A stretch of 64,000 nucleotides of DNA, taken from IMG/VR virus record IMGVR_UViG_3300001528_000136, positions 122,906 through 186,905 of that record; one strand, written 5' to 3'. Shown here one piece after another: positions 1 to 8,792 of the stretch (the first letter of the stretch is position 1; every line of letters starts with the position of its first letter). The position numbers and the translations under genes are program-made. Below the pieces are notes generated by a model, which saw only the letters and a list, made by a program, of their open reading frames with translations, did no database searches and was not told where the DNA came from. Source of the stretch: a virus. Taxonomy: Duplodnaviria; Heunggongvirae; Uroviricota; Caudoviricetes.

Positions 1-954
1 CTTATCAAATGTTTCAACATTTATTCCGAGAAGTTCAAATAGTGGTATCACTTGTTTTTGACTACTCCAATTGATGACACACTTAGGTTCTAAATCAAAT
101 CCATTAAATAAATCACCTTGTGTATCTATTTTGGTAAACTGATTTTTAATTACTTTTTTATAAGCATCAATTAAGCCATAAGGAGTTCTTAAATCTTCTT
201 GTGGAAATCTTTTATATCCATCTTTAAGTAATTTTTTAACTTCTGTTTCATAATCAGCAGAATATTTAGGATAATTAGTTTCTGGATATTGTATATCATA
301 ACCACTATGAGGATTCTCTTTATCCCAAGCTACTACCCAAGCATTTAATTCAGAAACAGCCTCGTCAAGTTTAGCTTGGTCTTTAGCCATCTTAGTTTTC
401 CATTTAGTTATATCTAAATGTACTCCACAATACTTAAAATAAGCTAAAGATTTAACAAACTCACATTCTAACTCTACTGCGAGCTTCATATGTTGTTTCT
501 CTACTTCAATAGCTTGTTTATTCCAAATATCTTCAATATACATAACATCACCAGCAGCATAAAGACAGACTTCGATTGTAAGACCATCATTTATAATCTT
601 ACCTCGAACAGACTTATCAATATTGATATTTAGATAATTCCAAGCAGCAGCCTTTAAACTCTTTTCTCTCATATTAGCGGGATAACCTAAATATAAGAGC
701 TGTTCTACAATCATTCCATCCAATATCTTTTTAGGATAAATATGTTGAACATACAAAAAGGTTAAATCAAATTGTAGATTCCATCCTAAAAAAGTTCTAT
801 CAGACTCCAAATAATTTTTAACCCTTTTTTTATCCTTTTTAGATATAGAAGTCCAGTCAATAACCACTTGGTTATCTCTATTACCTAATTGAATAGTTAA
901 AAGAGTTTTAGTATGACAATCTACGGTTTTGTTATCCTATATGTGATTTAACAT
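1..954 (-). CDS. DNA polymerase family A (Pol I-like), N-terminal part of the protein (3'-5' exo region and start of the pol domain). The gene continues past the left window edge. It contains an in-frame TAG at 937-939.
   Basis: Minus-strand translation in the frame of +1-3 gives ...WNLQFDLTFL (Exo II-like), ...LYAAGDVMYIEDIWNKQ (Exo III YxxxD-like), ...GDLFNGFDLEPKCVINWSSQKQVIPLFELLGINVETFDK (Pol A N-terminal-domain motif). The first ATG is at 954-952, and an in-frame TAG lies 5 codons later at 939-937. An in-frame TAA at 1044-1042 bounds the frame upstream. An alternative GTG start at 1005 would add a second in-frame TAG at 1017-1015. No ORF appears in the supplied track because of the TAG. 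Confidence 0.6.
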
Positions 955-1587
955 ATAGTTCTTATGTTTCTTGTTTACATAAGCCCAGACTATATCATCT
1001 TCCACAAATAAATGCTAGGAAGGTGGGCGCTCGTGTCTCTATTATATTCTTCTTACGAAGTTTCAAGAGTTAGTCGTTGAACCTTCCAACTTTGTTAAAG
1101 GTTGGCTTGGCTGCGAATTTGGAATCTCACCATTCTCGCAATTCACCCACTTTGCTATCCCCATTTCTGAAGATAGGGACTCTTCTCTCTTTTTAAAATA
1201 AAGACCTTTATACTTGTTACCAGTTCTTATGGATAAATATATTTTATCCCTCCGCAATATACCTCCTTTTTTATTACATCCAGTAATTACTAAATGAGGC
1301 ATAATATGGGTTTCCGACCATTCGCATAAGTCAGTCACAGATCTAAAAATGACTATAAGATTTATATTCTTATCATATACTTCAACAGAACCAAACATAT
1401 TCCGTCTATTATACAATATACTCCTTTCTTACATAAATCGTCGAAATTTTTAATTCTTATATCCATAAGTAATAAATTTATTAATTTACTTATGATTATA
1501 AGAATTATTTGTGGATACTCAAGTTAAAGTATCTAAATTTTAAAATCCGTTAAAATCCTTTAGTCTCTGTATCAAGTTGACATAAAA

Positions 1588-1633
1588 AAAGAGGCTCTAG
1601 GATGGACATAGCCTCATCCATAGTAGCCTCTTT
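1588..1633. terminator. Long near-perfect hairpin flanked by an A-run and a T-run (candidate bidirectional rho-independent terminator)
   Basis: AAAGAGGCTCTAGGATGG...CCATAGTAGCCTCTTT inverted repeat. A7 lies upstream and TTTATATTTA downstream. It sits in an intergenic gap. Confidence 0.4.
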
Positions 1634-1680
1634 ATATTTATCAGTTTTAAATAAAGATTTATTTTGACTAACTAAATATA

Positions 1681-1941
1681 TCATTGGTAACTAGTTATAT
1701 AAGTATTATTTAATATTATGTCATCATTATCTATATTTAGTTTATCTTTAACAGCTTGTTCTACTGCTTCATGTAATTCATCTTCGTTTATATTCAAGTG
1801 CCCATTTTCTAAATATTGAGGTAAAGTAATATTTACAAATGTACCTACTTCTACATTAACTTCTACTTGAATATTCCTATCTAAAGGCTGATTATAAGGA
1901 GCATTTGGGTCATTAGCAGCTCCCATAGGATAATTACACAT
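1681..1941 (-). CDS. hypothetical protein (86 aa)
   Basis: Intact same-strand ORF. No motif recognised. Confidence 0.3.
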   Translation of the reverse strand: MCNYPMGAANDPNAPYNQPLDRNIQVEVNVEVGTFVNITLPQYLENGHLNINEDELHEAVEQAVKDKLNIDNDDIILNNTYITSYQ

Positions 1942-2007
1942 TAAAATATTTCATCAATATAACTAGTATCTTCATCTGATAATGTAAATTCATCTACAAA
2001 ATTATTG

Positions 2008-2349
2008 TCAGTACAATCTTCCATTAATACGAGAAGTTAGCCATTCAAATCCATATTTATCTATAGTCTTTTGAGTTATCTTTTCAGAGTTAAGTTCTAT
2101 TCCTTCACATTGGTCTGAATACCATTGGTCATATTGTTCTTCTTCGCTATCATCTAAATCTTCATCATAATAAAAATCATTCAAATAACCATAAGAATTA
2201 ACACATTCTTCAATTAACTCATGTACATAATCTACATCATCTAAAGGGTCTTCATCAGATTCTATAACTTCGGTAATAGAAGCATCACAAGCTACAGGAT
2301 ATTCTGCTCTAACTAACCACCAATTACCAGATAATAACTCTTCTGTCAT
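2008..2349 (-). CDS. hypothetical acidic protein (113 aa, D/E-rich), possibly an anti-sigma or regulatory partner of the adjacent sigma factor
   Basis: ORF overlaps the downstream sigma gene by 4 nt. It is highly acidic (DEDLDDSEEEQYD). The function is inferred from position only. Confidence 0.3.
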   Translation of the reverse strand: MTEELLSGNWWLVRAEYPVACDASITEVIESDEDPLDDVDYVHELIEECVNSYGYLNDFYYDEDLDDSEEEQYDQWYSDQCEGIELNSEKITQKTIDKYGFEWLTSRINGRLY

Positions 2350-3185
2350 AGTAACTTAAATAAACTTTGTCCAAATCGTTTACGTAATCTCTCTAATGCC
2401 TTATCTCTTATTTGTCTTACTCGTTCCCTACCTAATCCAAATAGTTCTCCTATTTTAGTCACTTTCATTTGTGGGACTCCAATGCCATAACAAAGTAATA
2501 GAATATCATGTTCTCTAAGTGTTAATTTAGATAAATAACCATCTATCTCCTTAGAAACCATGTGTTCATTTACTTCATTCTCGACATTAACACTCTTATC
2601 AGGAATAATATCTCCTAATTGATTATGTTCTTCATCACCCCCAATATACTCATCAAAACTAGCTAGTTTATTGAAAAATTGACTAAGATAGTCTATCTGT
2701 TCAGTAGGTATATTAGTTAGTTCATGTAATTCAATAGTGTTTGGATTTCTACCATTTTCTTTAATGAACTTATTAGTAGCATCCACTATTTGAATTATTA
2801 ATACTTGTTGAGATATTGGCAGTCTAATCTCCCTAGCCTGCCAATAAATAGAAGTATAAATAGCTTGTTTAATCCACCATATTGCATAAGTAAGAAACTT
2901 TACTCCTCTCTTAATGTCAAAATAATCTATGGCTTTAATTAAACCACAATTACCAGCACTAATCAAATCAATAAGAGGAATACCTTTATTTTGAAAAGGT
3001 TTAGCTACTTTAACTACAAATCGTAAATTAGCACAAACTACTTTATCTTTAGCTGCTTTATCTCCCTTTTGAGCCCTAACTATTAAATCATTAGTAGTTT
3101 TAGTATCTAACATCTTATATTTAGCTACATCCCTAAAATATTTATTAATTAAGGAATCACTTCGGTCGATAAAGTTTTTATTCAC
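2346..3185 (-). CDS. sigma-70 family RNA polymerase sigma factor (phage-encoded)
   Basis: Region 2-like YAIWWIKQAI. Region 4 HTH LCYGIGVPQMKVTKIGELFGLGRERVRQIRDKALERLRK is typical of RpoD/SigA-type region 4.2. Confidence 0.75.
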   Translation of the reverse strand: MNKNFIDRSDSLINKYFRDVAKYKMLDTKTTNDLIVRAQKGDKAAKDKVVCANLRFVVKVAKPFQNKGIPLIDLISAGNCGLIKAIDYFDIKRGVKFLTYAIWWIKQAIYTSIYWQAREIRLPISQQVLIIQIVDATNKFIKENGRNPNTIELHELTNIPTEQIDYLSQFFNKLASFDEYIGGDEEHNQLGDIIPDKSVNVENEVNEHMVSKEIDGYLSKLTLREHDILLLCYGIGVPQMKVTKIGELFGLGRERVRQIRDKALERLRKRFGQSLFKLL

Positions 3186-3456
3186 TTATTTCTACAGGTT
3201 CTTTGTTAATTTCAGAATCTTCAAAAGTGGATAAATTTTCTTTACCAGTACCAAATTGATTATTTAAGCCAATTCTAATAGATAGAATACCTTGATAAGT
3301 CTCCATTGCTTTAAGTTGAGAAATAAGTAGGTCTTTATTCAAATTATCAATATTGGCTTTATCTACTTTATTAAGTAAGAAATCTCTTAGTTTTTCAGTT
3401 TTCTCTACAAGTTCATTAAATTCTACTACCATTCTGTTAAATGTTGCTTGTTCCAT
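3178..3456 (-). CDS. hypothetical protein (92 aa)
   Basis: Intact ORF overlapping its neighbours by 8 nt. No motif recognised. Confidence 0.3.
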   Translation of the reverse strand: MEQATFNRMVVEFNELVEKTEKLRDFLLNKVDKANIDNLNKDLLISQLKAMETYQGILSIRIGLNNQFGTGKENLSTFEDSEINKEPVEISE

Positions 3457-3482
3457 ATTTATTCCTATTTAATTATTCCTAT

Positions 3483-4220
3483 TTAATCTTGTGAGTCTAG
3501 AATCTTAAATTCTCCATTTGTATATTCTATATATGTAGGTTTATATACATGTTGATAAGCATTATTTAATATAGACACATTAACTAGTTTTGTAAGAGTT
3601 GATGACTTTTCACCTATTTCTAAATACTTATCTTTACATGTATGTAGATGTCCGCATACTACTAATTTAGGTTGTTTTAGTTCTATAGCTTTAGCCAGAC
3701 TTTCACCTCCTGCATGAATAGGTTTTTTATTCCATTGACTTGGTGGTAAAAGATCTAAATCTCCTAACTTAGGAGTGTCATGTGTAAGCCAAATATCTAC
3801 ATTATCTGGCACATTATCATATAATCCCTCTAGAAAAGCTTCATCATGCATAAATGCCCAATTACCAAACTTGTGACATTGTGGAGAGCCATATACGGTT
3901 ATTTCATCATCTGTATATCCCCTAAATGTAGCACAATCGTTAAGTAAATAAGTAAGTTTAAAGTCTGATAAATACTCTAGAGCTTTCATGATAGGATAAC
4001 AGTATTCAGCTATTCTGTCATGGTTGCCTGCTACCATAAATACTTCTTCACAAGGAAGTTCTTTAATCCAAGGTAAGAAAGTCTTAAATAACCATACAAT
4101 AGATTGTGTTCTTTCATTCTGAATGTCTAGAGGTATAATATCTCCAGCTATTAGACATAAATCACATTTATTTATTTCTGGTAATATGCCATGTAAATCA
4201 CTTATTGCTGAAATCTTCAT
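3483..4220 (-). CDS. calcineurin-like metallophosphoesterase
   Basis: ISDLHG (motif I), LIAGDI (GDxxD), VAGNHD (GNHD/E) and CGHLH near the C-terminus. Confidence 0.7.
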   Translation of the reverse strand: MKISAISDLHGILPEINKCDLCLIAGDIIPLDIQNERTQSIVWLFKTFLPWIKELPCEEVFMVAGNHDRIAEYCYPIMKALEYLSDFKLTYLLNDCATFRGYTDDEITVYGSPQCHKFGNWAFMHDEAFLEGLYDNVPDNVDIWLTHDTPKLGDLDLLPPSQWNKKPIHAGGESLAKAIELKQPKLVVCGHLHTCKDKYLEIGEKSSTLTKLVNVSILNNAYQHVYKPTYIEYTNGEFKILDSQD

Positions 4221-4719
4221 TTTTTAATATTTCAAAATAACCATGCCAAGTTAAATTACTTTTAATATCTATTATTTGATTATCTTGTGTACTCCATTGA
4301 TGAGCTTTAACTACATAATTAAGAGATTTATCATTATATAACATATCTAACATAGCTTCCCAAGTAGCTATATTTCGGGTACTAGATAATTCATCATCCT
4401 TATGTACATAGTTAAATATCCACATTATTTGCCATTTTCTAAAGAAAGTAAATATAATATATGGGTCCCATTCATGTTCTACATGTTCATACTTCCATTT
4501 CCATCCTAAAGAACTCATTCTAAAATCAAATATTTTATTATATTTGTTCTTAGATATAGGCATTCCAAAGAACCATGTTACTTTACCACAATAGAAATGA
4601 ATATAAGGGATATTGAACCACTTTCTACACTTCCACCATATATAGAATGGATTTCTGTATTCATTCCATAGTTTGGTGAAAGGTGCATCATATTTAAACC
4701 AATTAATTATTTTATTCAT
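4198..4719 (-). CDS. hypothetical Trp-rich protein (173 aa)
   Basis: Intact ORF with unusual W/F/Y content. No motif recognised. Confidence 0.3.
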   Translation of the reverse strand: MNKIINWFKYDAPFTKLWNEYRNPFYIWWKCRKWFNIPYIHFYCGKVTWFFGMPISKNKYNKIFDFRMSSLGWKWKYEHVEHEWDPYIIFTFFRKWQIMWIFNYVHKDDELSSTRNIATWEAMLDMLYNDKSLNYVVKAHQWSTQDNQIIDIKSNLTWHGYFEILKNEDFSNK

Positions 4720-6073
4720 CTTCTGTATCCATCTCTGGGTCTTTTTGTGACTTATCCAAGAATTTAAAGCATTTTAACTTCCAAGCATGACTTAAGCTGT
4801 CTTCCTTTTTAATAACTAAGCCTTCGTGTGGCACTTTATTCTTACAAGAAGGTGAATTACATTCCATATAGAAATCCTTGTCATTAGCTAATTTTTCTAG
4901 GAAGTTTTCTTGCCAATGTTGTGTTTCATCAAGGTCAGGATATAAGTCTCTAGCATATCCATAATATAATTCAGTTACTGGAGTCAAACCGACAGATTTA
5001 CAATATTGCTGAACTTCTCTAGCACTAAACTCATGTACTTCGCCATCTACATTAGTTAGAGTAATTCTATAAGGTCTTACTTTAAAATGTATTTCCGGTC
5101 TATAATCAATAGTATTTCCGTGCTTTGGTGGAACACATCCATAATCATATCCCTTTTGAATATAAGTACCTGTTGGATTGTAACCCACAATTTCAGCGTA
5201 AATAGTCATTCCTTTCTGTAAATAAGGCTTTAAATAATCATCAGCATATTTCCAAGTATCACAACCATAGAAACCCCCTGACACATTAGGATTATAATAT
5301 TGATTTTTAATTACATGCTTAGAAGCATAAATATAATCATAAATGTCAAATGGGTTTCCTGTGAGCCATTTAGCTAGTTTCTCTTTCCAAGTAAGCTTTT
5401 TATGACACTTAATATAGGCTGATATGTGACTCATACCATGAATTTTCTCTGATATACTAATTAAATCATCAGGTTGAATTACGTTAGGACATTTCTTGAT
5501 TTGAATTGTCTCATAGTGATATCTAAATTGAGAAGGGATAACCTTATCGAGTGTCTTCTTAACCTTAGGTGTTGCTTTTGAGCTTCCTCCAGGAGTTCCT
5601 TGTGTTCTTTTAACGACGTATTTCTTATTAACCCAGAATGTCTTGCCTTCATGTTCTACTGTATCAAATTCTATTCCTTCCGTAAGTTCTATCTTTTTAT
5701 TAGTCTCAGCTGTAATCCAATTAGTAAATTCTACAGCAGGCATAATAAACCCTTCTGATAATTCACCTCTTAGTTTCACAGTCTTAACTTTACCATTATC
5801 TTCAAATAGACCAGTCTTCTCTGGATTGTTATTTAATTCACTATGTCTAAATAAATTATTATATGACAATAAGTTAGGATTAATACAACAAGCTGTAGGG
5901 AAATAAATATAAAGCCCTGGTTCAGCATCTATTGAGGTAATAATATTGAATCCATCTATAGTAGCACACTTTAATTTAGTAACTTCTGGATCACTATGCT
6001 TTTTAAATATCTGAATATGAACTACTTTAGCTAAATAGTTTTCATTAGCTTTCTTGCCTTTGATTAGCTTCAT
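4712..6073 (-). CDS. RNA ligase-like nucleotidyltransferase (Rnl2-type KxHG motif I)
   Basis: ISEKIHGMSHISAY matches the Rnl2-family motif I KxHG(T/M). Downstream AEIVGY resembles motif IV. The protein is 453 aa with an N-terminal extension. Confidence 0.5.
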   Translation of the reverse strand: MKLIKGKKANENYLAKVVHIQIFKKHSDPEVTKLKCATIDGFNIITSIDAEPGLYIYFPTACCINPNLLSYNNLFRHSELNNNPEKTGLFEDNGKVKTVKLRGELSEGFIMPAVEFTNWITAETNKKIELTEGIEFDTVEHEGKTFWVNKKYVVKRTQGTPGGSSKATPKVKKTLDKVIPSQFRYHYETIQIKKCPNVIQPDDLISISEKIHGMSHISAYIKCHKKLTWKEKLAKWLTGNPFDIYDYIYASKHVIKNQYYNPNVSGGFYGCDTWKYADDYLKPYLQKGMTIYAEIVGYNPTGTYIQKGYDYGCVPPKHGNTIDYRPEIHFKVRPYRITLTNVDGEVHEFSAREVQQYCKSVGLTPVTELYYGYARDLYPDLDETQHWQENFLEKLANDKDFYMECNSPSCKNKVPHEGLVIKKEDSLSHAWKLKCFKFLDKSQKDPEMDTEDE

Positions 6074-6374
6074 TATTTAATAATTCTTGAGAGAATTTTA
6101 CATTATCTAATGATATAATCTCAGATACCCAAGGACATTTATCTAAGATTGCTAATCTAATTGCCTCTTTAACTTTAGACTCTACTTGTTCTTTAGTTAA
6201 ATTAGCATATTTAGTTTTATCTACTTTAATACACCAAGGAAGAGCTGATTCAAACCCTCCTTGGCATACTTTAATATTTGCATCAAAAGTTACAGAATAT
6301 TCTTTTAGCTTAGAAACAAACTTAACTTTTGGCTTCTTTTTTATAATAGGTGAAACTATTATCTTCTTGGACAC
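6045..6374 (-). CDS. hypothetical protein (109 aa)
   Basis: Intact ORF. No motif recognised. Confidence 0.3.
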   Translation of the reverse strand: MSKKIIVSPIIKKKPKVKFVSKLKEYSVTFDANIKVCQGGFESALPWCIKVDKTKYANLTKEQVESKVKEAIRLAILDKCPWVSEIISLDNVKFSQELLNNEANQRQES

Positions 6375-6777
6375 TTATTTTATTACTATTAATTAAACCG
6401 TCAGAATGTAGATTATCATTAACTAGAGGAACAGAATCTACTACAAGATTATAAGTTTTAGTTCCCATAAACTCTTGCATAAAGTTGGCAAATACTTGTG
6501 CTTGAGCTTCATCAGTACCTGTATTATAATACCACTGAAAGCAATGACAGACTTCGTGATATAGTGTATTAGTAATTTGTTCCTTAGTTAATTGAATTAC
6601 TTCCTTATCTATCTCAACAGATTTAGCTATTCTAATTAAATTTTTAGCGTCATTGAAGTCCCCATAAGTATTATTAGGTAGTTTATTATATATTTCTATT
6701 TTAATAGTGAATCCTGCACATTTAAAACTACTTGGGATGTAAGAATAAACACTTTCAGAGGTTGTCGAGTTCATCAA
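6322..6777 (-). CDS. putative zinc metallopeptidase-like protein (HExxH)
   Basis: LYHEVCHCFQW contains HExxH. It has the size and context of phage SprT/Wss1-like small metalloproteases. Assigned from this motif only. Confidence 0.4.
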   Translation of the reverse strand: MMNSTTSESVYSYIPSSFKCAGFTIKIEIYNKLPNNTYGDFNDAKNLIRIAKSVEIDKEVIQLTKEQITNTLYHEVCHCFQWYYNTGTDEAQAQVFANFMQEFMGTKTYNLVVDSVPLVNDNLHSDGLINSNKISVQEDNSFTYYKKEAKS

Positions 6778-7120
6778 TTACATTAATTAATTGTTCATTG
6801 GTAATCTCAGAGATATATTCTGGCAATTTAATATCTACATCTTCTGCCTTGTATACTAAATATTGTATTAAATAGGTAAGAACATAATAACAACCTTTTG
6901 GCTCATACTTATCTAATATAGAATATTCAATATCAGATATTTCTCTAGGTTCAAATTGTAATACATCAAAATCAGCATAAGGACCCCATATTTCAAGTTT
7001 CTTTAAATGAAGTTTAGCATACATATAAAGTCTATAATCATCTTCGTTTAAGAGTTCATAGTAGCATACTTTCATATTATCATCTATGTACTCAAAATCA
7101 TTAATTAAATAATGTTTCAT
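6755..7120 (-). CDS. hypothetical protein (121 aa)
   Basis: Intact ORF. No motif recognised. Confidence 0.3.
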   Translation of the reverse strand: MKHYLINDFEYIDDNMKVCYYELLNEDDYRLYMYAKLHLKKLEIWGPYADFDVLQFEPREISDIEYSILDKYEPKGCYYVLTYLIQYLVYKAEDVDIKLPEYISEITNEQLINVIDELDNL

Positions 7121-7273
7121 AATTAACCTGGATAATTTAAAGTTAGAATAGCTCCTACTTGGGCATTATTTAATCTATCCAAATCATACTTATCGAACTT
7201 ACCTATAGATTTATCCTTATAAATAACTTCATAATAACCATCACCTATCAGTTTTATTTTCATAATTATTTAT

Positions 7274-8482
7274 TTATTCGTAATCACGTATTGCAATACC
7301 TATTGGTTGTTGAGGAACTTCTGAACCTTCAACACCAGACATTTCAAAGTATTTAATAGTTAATTGCTTACCTATAAGTTCATCTATATGTTTATAGTAC
7401 CAATGTTTTTGTTCCCTATCTCCCATAGGCTTACAGTTGAACCTTTGACCACTAGGAGTTTCGAGAATAAAACACATATCCTCTTCACGTAAACCGTCTG
7501 CTATACCCACAATAGGGTACTCAGCATCTATGTAAATTTTGATTTTAATCCAATCATTAGAACGAGAGCCTGGTTTATATTTAGATTTAGCTTGTCTAAC
7601 TACAAGACCTTCCCAACCTTCTTCTACATATTTATCATGCAGTTTCTTCATATTATCAAAGCCTTTGATAGGTACCTGTGGTAAGAATTGAATATGAAGC
7701 TTATCTTCCGGTAAGTGTCGTTCTGGGTCAAATTCAGTAAGTTCAAGTTCTTTAGCCCATTCTTGCATAATCTTAAATCTATCAGTAAATGAATGTTCAA
7801 GGTCAGCAATATCGTACCAATAGAACTCTAAATCTCTACCATCATCAACAGTCTTCTGGGAACGACATATTCCGCTGATAAAATTGAGTGATAAACCATG
7901 CTTATATATCTCCCCATCGAGAATTGCATCATTATGAGCTTTGAAGAACTTTAAAACTAGCGGATGAGTAATAATATGATTAATAGCTAAGTCATAGTTA
8001 GTTGCTCCTCTAGATGCTGTTCGTACATTTTTACCATCATAAAAAATTAGGCACCTAACCCCATTGACCTTACGACTACCATACCATTCTCTATCTTCAA
8101 AGATTTTACGATTAGTTACTGCTGATTCCTGTTTAGCTAACATGGGTTTAACAGTATCTCCTCGCATTTTGACTTCACCATAAATCTCATTAAGCTCATC
8201 AAGAGTATATTCATTAGGAGATTTATCTATAATTTTATAAGCCTTATCAGTATATTCTTTAACTAAATGATTAAATTGAAGTAAAGCTTGTTCTCTATGA
8301 GTTCTTCCTGCTTTTCCTACAGTAATCCATATATCAGGGGCATGTGTAATCTTACCACCAACCTGACCATAATCTCTAGTTATAAGAAGACCTTTATGTT
8401 CTTCATCCCAATCTTCGTGAAATTCTACACATACTTGCCTTAATTTACCAGTACTAGCTCTTCCTAACAAATGCTTAATCAT
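7274..8482 (-). CDS. ATP-dependent polynucleotide (DNA) ligase with a variant motif I, KVNGVR
   Basis: Motif I SRKVNGVRC (KxNGxR instead of the canonical KxDGxR). Motif III ILDGEIY. Motif IV WEGLVVRQ. Motif V WIKIK. This is the classic covalent nucleotidyltransferase motif set. Confidence 0.75.
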   Translation of the reverse strand: MIKHLLGRASTGKLRQVCVEFHEDWDEEHKGLLITRDYGQVGGKITHAPDIWITVGKAGRTHREQALLQFNHLVKEYTDKAYKIIDKSPNEYTLDELNEIYGEVKMRGDTVKPMLAKQESAVTNRKIFEDREWYGSRKVNGVRCLIFYDGKNVRTASRGATNYDLAINHIITHPLVLKFFKAHNDAILDGEIYKHGLSLNFISGICRSQKTVDDGRDLEFYWYDIADLEHSFTDRFKIMQEWAKELELTEFDPERHLPEDKLHIQFLPQVPIKGFDNMKKLHDKYVEEGWEGLVVRQAKSKYKPGSRSNDWIKIKIYIDAEYPIVGIADGLREEDMCFILETPSGQRFNCKPMGDREQKHWYYKHIDELIGKQLTIKYFEMSGVEGSEVPQQPIGIAIRDYE

Positions 8483-8538
8483 TAATTTTAATAATTAGAT
8501 GTTTAACCATATACTTATTATATCTTATAAACTAAAAT

Positions 8539-8576
8539 AACCCTAGAAATAACTGTTCAAAGCTATAACTAGGGTT
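8539..8576 (-). terminator. candidate rho-independent terminator for minus-strand transcription
   Basis: 8-bp stem AACCCTAG/CTAGGGTT with a 22-nt loop. On the minus-strand transcript it is followed by AUUUUAGUUUAUAAG. Confidence 0.35.
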
Positions 8577-8792
8577 AATATCTAAATGTTGACATTTCGG
8601 TTATGAATATAGGACCCCCTATGCTGGTATATCCCCTCAGCCCATAAAAGAGCTATAGTATATAAGCCAACTTAATTTGTAAGTAATTACAAATTAGTTA
8701 GCTAATAAAACTAATGAAGGTTTCATACCAAACCAGAACTCCTTCCCCTTCTTAGGTACTATTTTCGTTTAAGACTCTAGGTCTTTACTAAG

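Noticed and set aside
1063-1416. ORF-track CDS of 117 aa in the polymerase frame
   Set aside because: The C-terminal third looks like translated non-coding sequence over a GC-rich, self-complementary stretch. It is separated from the polymerase start only by stop codons. It is kept as a finding (possible leader or intron-like element) but not called as a confident gene.
5643-5906. Plus-strand ORFs (5643..5906, 10530..10733, 14888..15094, 17074..17265, 19601..19813, 19954..20229, 24309..24721, 24853..25427, 26556..26855, 28104..28298, 33400..33936, 35265..35486, 37582..37863, 38391..38603, 41904..42892, 45766..47272, 47615..47869, 48102..48371, 49239..49496, 50657..50866, 51665..51859, 53412..53792, 53806..54087, 54850..55053)
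   Set aside because: Every one lies antisense inside a longer, motif-supported minus-strand gene. The whole window is transcribed from the minus strand. These are treated as shadow ORFs of AT-rich sequence.
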